From assembly GCA_030066885.1 (NCBI GenBank), contig JASJAT010000051.1, forward strand, positions 1 to 60,629: 60,629 bases of DNA, read 5' to 3'. Below the pieces are notes generated by a model, which saw nothing but the letters and a program-made list of their open reading frames with translations, did no database searches and was not told the DNA's origin. Shown piece after piece: positions 46,321 through 54,799 of the stretch (positions within the stretch are counted from its first letter, which is position 1; every line of letters begins with the position of its first letter). The DNA comes from Arenicellales bacterium. GTDB taxonomy: Bacteria; Pseudomonadota; Gammaproteobacteria; Arenicellales; JAANXG01. A program made the position numbers and the translations under genes.

Positions 46321-48864
46321 TTATATCAGCTCGGTCACGCTACTGTTGCCGGTACCGACTATGGGGATGCCAGTCAATTTCGAGGTGACCAAGGTGATGG
46401 CCCTAAGGTCTTCCGGTTCGATGTTGTACAGGACAGTTTTACCAGTGCAGCGGGCCATCATGGAAGCTTCACCGATATTGGCTTTGATCAGATTGATAAC
46501 AGCCGTACTTCTATCGTCTTCGTTTAAGTCGCTATTGAACACCAAACTTTCATTTTGAATTTCGCCGCCAGCTGCAATTCCAATGGCAGTACCTTGAACG
46601 ACTGCAACTGTGCCCAGCCCCAATATTTTGGCAGCGTCGGTGCCGGATCGAATACCTCCAAACCAGACCAGATCAATCTCCTCCTCTCTGTCCAGCTTCC
46701 TCAGTAGAGCGATCGCATCCCGTAACAAAGAAAAATCAGGCGCACCTTTCAGCTCCGCCCAAGGAGTGGTGATTGATCCGGAGCCATCCAGTAGCAACAC
46801 ATCAAGTGCTTGATCGAGTCCGTTTTGAACTGCCTTAGGTACGTCCATTGGATCAGAAACATAAATTCCTACGAGTTGACCACTATACGGACGTGCGGCA
46901 TTTATACTGGCCGGCAGATCGTGGGCAGAGTACAAAACGACCTCGGCCTTATGGCTGGGTGGAGTTGCTCGAGTAAGCAGTTGCCACCAGCGCCCATCAT
47001 CGGATAGGGGTTGTTGCCCAACGTAGGGGCTGTCCACCACCTTGAGTCCTTCGGCGACCGCCTGCCTGACTTCCACCGGTGTGCTGTCAAAACCCGTAAC
47101 CAGGAGAGGGTGTGAAATAGGTAGCCCTCGACCAACTTCAGTATCTACTTTGCATGCTTCCCGATAAGGATCAATTACCAAGCGAGACAGGTTCGCCGGT
47201 AGGAAAACAATGTCATCTAGACTGGCCGGTTTGTTATCAGGCACGGGATTTTCTCGAACTTCTAGCAAACAAGATAACATGGCGTGGTTTTTAGCTGCAT
47301 CAAGTGGATTAGTACGCGCCATTGAAAAAATGTGTTCGCGTTGTTGCACCGAGTAATCGGCAGAACCAGTTTCGGCGTCACACCGATAGCATCGAGCGGC
47401 TTCCTTAAGGGCAGTTTCACGACTGTAGGTTTCTTCGATCTCCGGGAACTGGATCGGATTGTCACCCAGCCCGAAGAATTTCGGATGTTGTTCCGGCAAT
47501 AATTCCCATTGCAAGTCCTGCGCCACTGGTACTCGGCGGGTGCGATAAGGGGTACGGTAAGGTAAAGGATGGTCATTACCTTCGAGGTAATGCTTGATAT
47601 AGTACGCTGCACGCTGCCCGTGGTGCATCGCCATCACAATGGTTGAACCTCCAAATGCTCCGTCACCTGCCGCGAATACTTTCGGATCTTTAGTGCGCAT
47701 GGTTTCCCATTCCGTTTTGACTCGATCCTTCAGCATCATGCCAAGATGATCTAACTCGTCGTTTTCGCCTTGTTGTCCGACCGCAGCGATCACCATGCCA
47801 CACCCGATTGAATGTTCACTTCCAGCGATCGGCACGGGCCGGCGACGTCCGTCTTCATCAGGTTCACCCAGATCAGTTCGCACGCACTTCAGCGACAATC
47901 CCTTGCCGTTTGCCTCAACCGCCACTTGCTGCGTGTTGTATAAGAATTCAATGCCTTCATCGACGGCACCCTTAAGTTCAATGGCACGCGCGGGTATTTC
48001 TTTCGGGCCTCTTCGATAAACCACAATAACGTGCTCACAATCGGGCAGGCGTTTGGCCACACGGCAGGCATCCATAGCGACGTCGCCACCCCCGACGACC
48101 ACCACGGTATGAGGTAGTTGTGGACGCTCACCGGCATTCACCCGACGAAGAAATCCCACCCCATCGACAACACGCTCGTCCTGTTCGCCCGGGACACCCA
48201 TTGCCTTACCCCACCAGGCGCCTATACAGAGTAAAACGGCGTCGTGCCTTTCCTTTAGTTCGTTGAGTTTGATATCCCGGCCTAAGGCTGTATTTAAATG
48301 TATGTCCAAGCCGGGACATTTCTGGTGTAAACGATCGATATCTTCGTCGATTATGCCCGGCGGCAAACGAAAGGCCGGTATGCCCCAGACCATCATGCCA
48401 CCTGGCCGGTCGGACATTTCATACACATCGACTTTGAAACCCGCTGTACTGAGGTCGTGGGCTGCAACTAGACCGGCCGGACCGGCACCAACAATGCCCA
48501 CCGACTGTTTACGTGTAACGGGACACGCATCCGGGGTCCAGGTCGCACCGAGTTTGTCCATGACATAACGCTTGAGATTACGGATCTGAACTGGACCGTC
48601 GCTGTCCGTTCGACGGCACGCCGGTTCGCAAGGTGCATCACATACCCGTCCACAAATGGAACTGAAAGGGTTGGTTGCAGTAATCGCTTCAAAAGCCTGT
48701 TCAAACTTTTGTTCCCAGATATAAGCAATATAGGAAGGGGCATCTGTTCCCACTGGACAGGCGACCTGACACGGTGCCGGCACGTAGTGACCCTGCCCCG
48801 TATCATCGACATACTCGCTCGGTGCATCCGGCATCAAGATTCTATTGATGTCATAGACTGCCAT
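46321..48864 (-). CDS. GltD-like NAD(P)H-dependent Fe-S flavoprotein fused to a degenerate GltB-FMN-type TIM-barrel domain (847 aa).
   Basis: N-terminal half has Cys clusters (PCQVACPVGTD..., CGRVCDAPCEPAC), two dinucleotide folds (VGIVGAGPAGL; VVVVGGGDVAMD) and FAAGD. The C-terminal 299 aa parallel MgsC-type FMN domains (LDDIVFLPANLSRLVI..., LLLDGSGS, FGGIRSGTDAAKILGLG) but lack their conserved catalytic strings. Confidence 0.75.
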   Translation of the reverse strand: MAVYDINRILMPDAPSEYVDDTGQGHYVPAPCQVACPVGTDAPSYIAYIWEQKFEQAFEAITATNPFSSICGRVCDAPCEPACRRTDSDGPVQIRNLKRYVMDKLGATWTPDACPVTRKQSVGIVGAGPAGLVAAHDLSTAGFKVDVYEMSDRPGGMMVWGIPAFRLPPGIIDEDIDRLHQKCPGLDIHLNTALGRDIKLNELKERHDAVLLCIGAWWGKAMGVPGEQDERVVDGVGFLRRVNAGERPQLPHTVVVVGGGDVAMDACRVAKRLPDCEHVIVVYRRGPKEIPARAIELKGAVDEGIEFLYNTQQVAVEANGKGLSLKCVRTDLGEPDEDGRRRPVPIAGSEHSIGCGMVIAAVGQQGENDELDHLGMMLKDRVKTEWETMRTKDPKVFAAGDGAFGGSTIVMAMHHGQRAAYYIKHYLEGNDHPLPYRTPYRTRRVPVAQDLQWELLPEQHPKFFGLGDNPIQFPEIEETYSRETALKEAARCYRCDAETGSADYSVQQREHIFSMARTNPLDAAKNHAMLSCLLEVRENPVPDNKPASLDDIVFLPANLSRLVIDPYREACKVDTEVGRGLPISHPLLVTGFDSTPVEVRQAVAEGLKVVDSPYVGQQPLSDDGRWWQLLTRATPPSHKAEVVLYSAHDLPASINAARPYSGQLVGIYVSDPMDVPKAVQNGLDQALDVLLLDGSGSITTPWAELKGAPDFSLLRDAIALLRKLDREEEIDLVWFGGIRSGTDAAKILGLGTVAVVQGTAIGIAAGGEIQNESLVFNSDLNEDDRSTAVINLIKANIGEASMMARCTGKTVLYNIEPEDLRAITLVTSKLTGIPIVGTGNSSVTELI

Positions 48865-50816
48865 TAGCTTGCCAGCACTTCAGACTGTGATTCGCTTCCT
48901 ACTGGACGATAGGGCAGTCCGGTGATAGCAGCTGCTTCCGGCGTCAGTGCAACCAGGTCACCACGATTGAGCTGTCTTACATCGTCGTAACCTAAGGCGT
49001 GTGTGATCGCCGCAATCTGCCAGCGTACAGACTCAAAGAAACGGTGGATGTTTTGTGCTTCGATTTCTGGTTTATAACGCTTTTCGTGGTTGGGATCCTG
49101 GGTGGCTATCCCGGTAACACATTGACCTACGTGGCACTGCATGCACGCAATACAGCCTCCGGCGATGATGACCGAGGTGCCAAAACCGATTGCGTCCGCC
49201 CCGAGGCAAAGCCCCTTGATTGCATCGACACCGTCCCGCATGCCGCCCATTAGCACAATCTGCGTATCCTGACGGCGTCCAATTTCCGCCAAAGCTTCCT
49301 CGGCTTCAATAATCGCCGCCAATGTTGGAATACCAACAAAATCGATGACTTCCGAACTGCCGGCCCCGGTCGAGCCCTGCATTCCGTCTAGCTCTATAAA
49401 ATCGAATCCATCCTTGACCGCGATCTTAATATCGTCGCGTACCCGTCCGGCGCCCAACTTTACGCTCACCGGAAGACGATAACCGGTGGCTTCGCGGAAC
49501 TCTTCAACTTTAATGACGAGATCATCAGCACCCAGGATATCCGGATGGCGAGACGGTGACCGGAGGTCGATACCGGCCGGGATACCTCGAATATCGGCCA
49601 GCTCTTTGGTGACTTTCTTGGCCATCAGTTGCCCCCCTAGCCCGGGTTTCGCACCTTGTGAAATATATATCTCGAGCCCATCGGCCCGTTTCATATCATG
49701 GATATTCCATCCCAGCCTGCCGCCCAGGCACTGGAAAATAAGTTGTTTGGCAGCGCTCCGTTGAGCATCGCTCATACCCCCTTCGCCGGTGTTTTCAGCG
49801 ATGTCCGACATCGCCGAAGCCAGGCCTATGGCGTGCTTGGTAGACCGGCTGAGCGCACCATAGCTCATCGGCGATACCATTACCGGCATGCTGAGTTTAA
49901 GTGGGTTGGCGCCGTTCAGCCCGCCAATCTCGGTGTACATGTGGACCTTCGATATCACATCGGCTGAATCGTTTATTCTGGATAGGTCTTTCGCGAACGC
50001 TAGGTCGGACAGATGGGGGAGTGCACGGGCAGTACCGTAGCCACGAATGCGGTAACGGCCGCTTTGGGATTTTATGTGTATGTCTTCTTGTACTTTGGGA
50101 TTCCAGTAAGGGGAAGCACCAGAAAAAGTAAAGAACGGAATACTGCGCATCTGTCTTTCCGGTGATCCGTAACGCAATTTTTGGCCTGCGTTGACGATCT
50201 TCTGAAAATTGCCTTTAAACGGGATTTCGTAGCGGTCGAGAAATTCACGCACGCTATCGTGCTCGGCCTCGGTCATGTCCGTCAGCTTGGCATCGGAACC
50301 GAGGTCCTGAACTTTTCCGCCAACAAAGATTTCACCGCCTGTCATATCCTCCCCGACACGCTCCCCGGAATCGCCAAGGATTATGATTCTGCCGCCATAC
50401 AGCATATAGCCGGCCATGAAGTTCGCGTTACCTGCACACAATAAAGTCCCCGCCTTCATAACCTGTCCTGCGCGCGACCCCATATTGCCCTTTATGATGA
50501 TCTCGGCCCCACGGATACCGATGGCGGGAATAGCCCCGGCGTTGCCACCGACGACGACCGTCCCGCTGTAAATGTTATCTCCCAACCCCCACCCAACGTT
50601 GTTGTCGATATAGAAAGTCGCCTGATCGGTGAGACCCGCACAGAAATAACCTGCGGATCCTTTTACGTGAACGCTTATGGGCGAGGTCAACCCGACACCG
50701 ATATGGTGCCGGGCATCGGGGTTGATTACTTCTACGTCTTCGCCTGCTTCGCCATAGTTACGGATTTGTTCGTTGGCATCGCGGACGGGTATTTGCGCTA
50801 GATCGATCGTGACCAC
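48864..50816 (-). CDS. Fusion of a GXGXG (GltB C-terminal beta-helix) domain and an FMN-binding glutamate-synthase-type domain (650 aa).
   Basis: N-terminus has the reiterated G-x-G pattern (GSAGYFCAG...GGNAGAIPAIG...GNMGSRAG...GDSGERVG). C-terminus has SPMSYGALS, GEGG, ISQGAKPGLGG, LDGMQGSTGAG, GGMRDG and CIACMQCHVGQCVTG. TAATG overlap with the downstream gene. Confidence 0.85.
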   Translation of the reverse strand: MVTIDLAQIPVRDANEQIRNYGEAGEDVEVINPDARHHIGVGLTSPISVHVKGSAGYFCAGLTDQATFYIDNNVGWGLGDNIYSGTVVVGGNAGAIPAIGIRGAEIIIKGNMGSRAGQVMKAGTLLCAGNANFMAGYMLYGGRIIILGDSGERVGEDMTGGEIFVGGKVQDLGSDAKLTDMTEAEHDSVREFLDRYEIPFKGNFQKIVNAGQKLRYGSPERQMRSIPFFTFSGASPYWNPKVQEDIHIKSQSGRYRIRGYGTARALPHLSDLAFAKDLSRINDSADVISKVHMYTEIGGLNGANPLKLSMPVMVSPMSYGALSRSTKHAIGLASAMSDIAENTGEGGMSDAQRSAAKQLIFQCLGGRLGWNIHDMKRADGLEIYISQGAKPGLGGQLMAKKVTKELADIRGIPAGIDLRSPSRHPDILGADDLVIKVEEFREATGYRLPVSVKLGAGRVRDDIKIAVKDGFDFIELDGMQGSTGAGSSEVIDFVGIPTLAAIIEAEEALAEIGRRQDTQIVLMGGMRDGVDAIKGLCLGADAIGFGTSVIIAGGCIACMQCHVGQCVTGIATQDPNHEKRYKPEIEAQNIHRFFESVRWQIAAITHALGYDDVRQLNRGDLVALTPEAAAITGLPYRPVGSESQSEVLAS

Positions 50817-51709
50817 GTGGCATAAGTTCCCGGTAAGGGTTCTTTAGTCTGCAGTGCTTGACCTGGAAACAATCTGTTGAGCGACACCTCTTCAGAAGCG
50901 ACCGCTACCAAGTCCTCGTTCTCGTACATCACCATGGGTTTAGCCGCTAATCGATCTTTGGCATAACCGATTTCATTCGCAGTAGACACCAAGAAAGAAA
51001 AAGTTCCATCGAGATCGTCTATGGATGTTCGCAAGGCTGCCTTCAATGTTATCCCTTGTGACAGCTTATCGGCGAGATACACTGCGATGAGTTCACTGTC
51101 GTTGTCGGTGGTGAACTCAAAGCCTCGCCGTTCCAATCTTCGCCGCATCTTCCAGTAATTGGTGATCTGTCCATTGTGCACAATAGCGATGTCGGCAAAC
51201 CCTGTTGCCCAGAATGGATGGGATGCCTCCGGCTTTACATCGGATTCCGTGGCCAGACGAACATGGCCGAGCCCGTGACTGCCTTGAAATTTGTTGACTT
51301 CATACCGCTTGTCGACATCGTCAGCACTTCCGACGTCCTTTACGATTTCTAAACTGGCACCAATAGATATTACTTTTGCGGCGTGTTCGATAGCGTAGGA
51401 GAACTTTTGTAAGTTGCCGGTGAAATCAACAATCGCCCGGTAGTTGTTACCGATTACTTCTTCTTCAACTATGGTCGCGTGGTGTTCGGCTAGGGCTTGG
51501 CGAATGCGTTGGATCGAATCATCGGTTTCTTCGTCTTCCCCCACGAAAAATCTCAGCCGGAGCTGACCGGTGTGGGCTGCTTCATATAGTGCAAATCCAG
51601 TGGAATCCGGTCCGCGATGCTGACAACCATCGAGCATATTGATCAACGCCTTTCCGGTTGTGAGCTCTGGTGTGTCGTGTTTGAAGAGAATTCCTGCGAT
51701 ACCACACAT
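50798..51709 (-). CDS. Class II (Ntn) glutamine amidotransferase, GltB N-terminal-domain-like.
   Basis: MCGIAG N-terminal nucleophile Cys, HRGPDSTGFAL, GHVRLATES, VHNGQITNY. Paralog of the plus-strand gene at 57739. Confidence 0.88.
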   Translation of the reverse strand: MCGIAGILFKHDTPELTTGKALINMLDGCQHRGPDSTGFALYEAAHTGQLRLRFFVGEDEETDDSIQRIRQALAEHHATIVEEEVIGNNYRAIVDFTGNLQKFSYAIEHAAKVISIGASLEIVKDVGSADDVDKRYEVNKFQGSHGLGHVRLATESDVKPEASHPFWATGFADIAIVHNGQITNYWKMRRRLERRGFEFTTDNDSELIAVYLADKLSQGITLKAALRTSIDDLDGTFSFLVSTANEIGYAKDRLAAKPMVMYENEDLVAVASEEVSLNRLFPGQALQTKEPLPGTYATWSRSI

Positions 51710-52048
51710 ACCGTTTATACGACCACTGCTCGTTTTTTAGGTGTCACAAATATAGTGTACCTAAGCCGGCAGAATCAACAACGGCGCTAACTCGGCTGAA
51801 AGTATGCGGCGCTTCGCTAAAAATCGGTAAAAACTCGTACTTTTATACAGATCAAATAAAGACTAATATGCGCAACTGCAAAACTGAACCGCAATGGATG
51901 GGCACACAGAGCGAGTTCAGAAACAAACTCTCTATACGCGCATCACGCGGTTTCTACTTGCGACGGGGATCACCTCATGATGAGGTGGTCGTTGAAGTAA
52001 TGCTTTTAAAAAGTCAATTAGAACCCTTTTTTGGGGAGGAGGTTCCAA

Positions 52049-53410
52049 GTGGATAACGAACTAGCTGCGCTAGGCATTATCTTCACCGAGTTCTACTACT
52101 GGCTGACCGTAGTGATCATGTTTTTCATTCACGTCGGTTTCTGTATGTACGAGGTCGGCGTATCAAGGCACAAGAACCACATGCATACACTGATGAAGAA
52201 CACCATGCTGATTCCTCTGGTGACGGTGACATTCTTCTATTTTGGCTGGTATATCTACTTTGCCTGGCCAAACGGACCATTCATTAACGGCCCCGTGGTC
52301 GAAGCGCCCAATGCTGTGCCTTGGAGTCAAGTCATGGGGCCCAGTATGGGTGGCCAAGATGACCTTCACGCCGGTTGGGCCCGGATCAATGGCGTGTTCT
52401 GGGCAGCCTTCTTATTGTTTTCCTGGACAGCGGCATCCATTGTGTCCGGTTCAGTCATAGAGCGCATTAGATCGGCTGGGTTCTGGATCTTGGCCGTCGC
52501 CATCGGTTCCGTGTTTTGGATTATCGACGCGGCATGGGGTTGGCATGCTGGCGGCTGGATGGTTGCGCTATGGGGTTACCATGATGCCTATGCCAGTGGA
52601 GTCATCCACGCCATCGCTGGGGGCTTCGGACTGGGTGTATTGTTGGTGCTGGGGCCGCGAATTGGTAAGTTTGCACCCGACGGCACACCTCGTACCATTC
52701 ATCCGCGTAATCCTTGGTTGGTGACTATCGGATTGTTCCTGATATATACCGGATTCTGGGGATTCTACGTGGCGTGCAATGTGCCCATGTGGGATGTTCA
52801 AGAAGGAGACGGTGTGTTCTTTTCCGCCACCAACATCTATCTTGGGCCCACTACGTTGAGTGCCATCACGGTGAACTTCCTGATGTCTCTATCCGGCGGT
52901 TTGCTGATGGGTTATCTGATTTCAAAGGGCGATGCTTTTTGGACCTACTCATCGGGGCTGGCCGGGATTATTGCCGCGTCCGCAGGAAACGATCTATATC
53001 ACCCAATTCAAGCGATGATCATCGCCGCGGTTGGTGTTGTCTTCATGTATAAGGTCCATCACTGGGCCGAGCGCACATTGAAAGTGGATGATGCCGTTGG
53101 CGCGGTGGCTGTTCACGGTTACGCTGGTTTCTTCGGTGTGGTTATTGCCGGATTCGTGCTTTGGGGTTATCCGTCATCACCAGACGACTCCTTTGCGGCG
53201 ATCAATCCACTCGGTCAATTCGCGGGTGCCATCGTCATGTTCTTCGTTTTAGGGTTCATTCCTGGCTGGGTTCTGGCCAAGATTTTGAACGGTGCGGGCA
53301 TGTTGCGCATACCGAAAGAAATCGAGTTGATGGGTTTAGATGCGGCTGCAGCGCAAGACATTGCAGATGATGAGGCAGCCATCATCAAGGCCGAGAAAGA
53401 AGCTGTTTGA
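52049..53410 (+). CDS. amt: Ammonium (or methylammonium) transporter, Amt family, divergent type.
   Basis: ~11 TM helices, with HAIAGGFGLGVLLVLGPRIGKF and DDAVGAVAVHGYAGFFG Amt-like segments. The GTG at 52049 is preceded by GGAGGAGG. The track TTG at 52031 is less likely. Confidence 0.8.
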   Translation: MDNELAALGIIFTEFYYWLTVVIMFFIHVGFCMYEVGVSRHKNHMHTLMKNTMLIPLVTVTFFYFGWYIYFAWPNGPFINGPVVEAPNAVPWSQVMGPSMGGQDDLHAGWARINGVFWAAFLLFSWTAASIVSGSVIERIRSAGFWILAVAIGSVFWIIDAAWGWHAGGWMVALWGYHDAYASGVIHAIAGGFGLGVLLVLGPRIGKFAPDGTPRTIHPRNPWLVTIGLFLIYTGFWGFYVACNVPMWDVQEGDGVFFSATNIYLGPTTLSAITVNFLMSLSGGLLMGYLISKGDAFWTYSSGLAGIIAASAGNDLYHPIQAMIIAAVGVVFMYKVHHWAERTLKVDDAVGAVAVHGYAGFFGVVIAGFVLWGYPSSPDDSFAAINPLGQFAGAIVMFFVLGFIPGWVLAKILNGAGMLRIPKEIELMGLDAAAAQDIADDEAAIIKAEKEAV

Positions 53411-53435
53411 GAACTGACTAAGAGAGGTATAGAAA

Positions 53436-53663
53436 ATGGCAACAGTAACAAGCTGGACCGGCAATATTGCTGATATCGGACCCATCTATCCCATGGTTGG
53501 AACCGAGGGACTCTTGTTTATCATCGGATTGGTTACATGGATCATTTGGCACATCATTCAAACCAAGATGGAAAACAAAACTTACGAGGATGAAATCAAG
53601 CGCTTCGGCGACACCGATAGCTTGAAGAAGATGATAGGGATGGAAGATCCTCGAAACCCTTAG
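53436..53663 (+). CDS. Small membrane protein (75 aa) apparently co-transcribed with amt.
   Basis: One TM helix (LLFIIGLVTWIIWHII). GAGAGG SD 25 nt after the amt stop. A terminator follows. Confidence 0.5.
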   Translation: MATVTSWTGNIADIGPIYPMVGTEGLLFIIGLVTWIIWHIIQTKMENKTYEDEIKRFGDTDSLKKMIGMEDPRNP

Positions 53664-53687
53664 TTCTTTTGCTTCCTTAAGCTGAAA

Positions 53688-53713
53688 CCCCGCACCAAGC
53701 AATTGGTGCGGGG
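53688..53713 (+). terminator. Hairpin terminator of the amt operon.
   Basis: CCCCGCACC-AAGCAATT-GGTGCGGGG. Confidence 0.55.
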
Positions 53714-53722
53714 ACAGTTTAT

Positions 53723-53843
53723 GGGGACAGAATACTTTTTAACTGAGCATACGATTAGAGGGAGTGGTACCGGCGATTCGTCAGCGTGTCTCCCCTTTAT
53801 GGAATAAAATACTTAGGTTAAAAAGTATACTGTCCCCGGTTTA
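53723..53843. repeat. MITE/REP-like element. Its ~21-25-bp terminal inverted repeats are identical or near-identical to the 12866-12923 palindrome arms, flanking ~74 bp of unique sequence.
   Basis: Left end is GGGGACAGAATACTTTTTAAC. Right end is GTTAAAAAGTATACTGTCCCCGGTTT. It lies between the convergent amt operon and the gntR gene. Confidence 0.65.
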
Positions 53844-53846
53844 AGG

Positions 53847-54563
53847 TCACTGTCCCAGTAAATCCGCTTTAGCCAACGCCAGGTGTTCGCGGATGGCCTT
53901 TTCCGCTTCATCGACATCACGGCGGGAAATCGCGGTGAACAGGTTGCGGTGTTGCTGATTGTATTGTCTTATCTTATGGGGGGTTAGAACTTTATCCTTC
54001 CGCGCCACCCACTGCGCATGGCCGCGTACTTCATTGATATGTCGATACAACCACAGCATCAAAGGGTTGCGAGCACTTTCCGCTAATGACATATGAAAGC
54101 GTTCATCGTGGGTGGAAAAGGTCTCAGGATCGGTAGTCTCCTTTTCCACACGGAGCAGCGCCTCTTCCATTCGTTCCATGTCCTGAGCGTTGGCATTTAC
54201 TACGGCCAACCTGGCCATAGCTGGTTCGACTGCGATACGCACATCGATTAACTCTAGCGGCGAGGTAAGTTCGGTGATGTCTTCGTGGTCCGCGTAGCCG
54301 CGGTAACATACGAAGCTACCGCTACCCGCTCGACGCGTGACCAGATTCATCTGTTCCAATTGACGTAACGCGGATCGGATGGTGCCTCTAGCTACACCGA
54401 ACTGTTTCGCCAGTTGTCGTTCCGAGGGCATACGTTCGCGGTAAGTGAACAGGCCATCAACAATGGCGCCGCGCAATCTGGTCGCGACCGCGTTAGCTCC
54501 GCCCACTATACCGTCGGGTAAATTTTCAATCGCGGGATTTATCCTTTCTACGCTTGTCGCCAT
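53847..54563 (-). CDS. GntR family transcriptional regulator, FadR/FCD subfamily.
   Basis: HTH SERQLAKQFGVARGTIRSALRQLEQMNLV and a helical FCD-like C-terminus. The start is set at the ATG at 54563. Confidence 0.82.
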   Translation of the reverse strand: MATSVERINPAIENLPDGIVGGANAVATRLRGAIVDGLFTYRERMPSERQLAKQFGVARGTIRSALRQLEQMNLVTRRAGSGSFVCYRGYADHEDITELTSPLELIDVRIAVEPAMARLAVVNANAQDMERMEEALLRVEKETTDPETFSTHDERFHMSLAESARNPLMLWLYRHINEVRGHAQWVARKDKVLTPHKIRQYNQQHRNLFTAISRRDVDEAEKAIREHLALAKADLLGQ

Positions 54564-54799
54564 GCGTTCATCTTCTGGTTCTAAATTGGTATAATTTGAG
54601 CAAACTATACACCGCCAGTTTTCAGGACGCAATTGTTGAGACAAATGAACTTAGATTGCCCATAACGCACTGTATTATAAGTAGATAATCTCCATTGTTC
54701 GACGTAAATTCGAACCTCCAAACAATCCTGTACTTTCTACCCGAAACGTGTACCATATACTGCGAAACATTCGATTACTGGTATAAAAGTGGTGTAAGC

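Noticed and set aside
46190-46558. 122-aa plus-strand ORF in the track.
   Set aside because: It runs antisense through the tRNA-Arg 5' exon and group I intron, and through the 3' end of the gltD-like gene. It has no motif and no SD. The RNA gene and the minus-strand CDS explain the region.
51949-51961. Possible sigma-54 promoter (GG-N-GC) in the amt / GATase divergent region.
   Set aside because: GGTTTCTACTTGC has 9 nt rather than 10 nt between GG and GC, and lacks the TGGCAC/TTGCA context. A second candidate near 51868-51905 lacks the GG dinucleotide.
51955-52000. Glutamine (glnA-type) riboswitch in the amt leader.
   Set aside because: The hairpin does not contain the conserved CGUUC...GGAAGUAGG...AAGGAACG-type strings I recall for that class. 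It is kept only as an unclassified structured leader.
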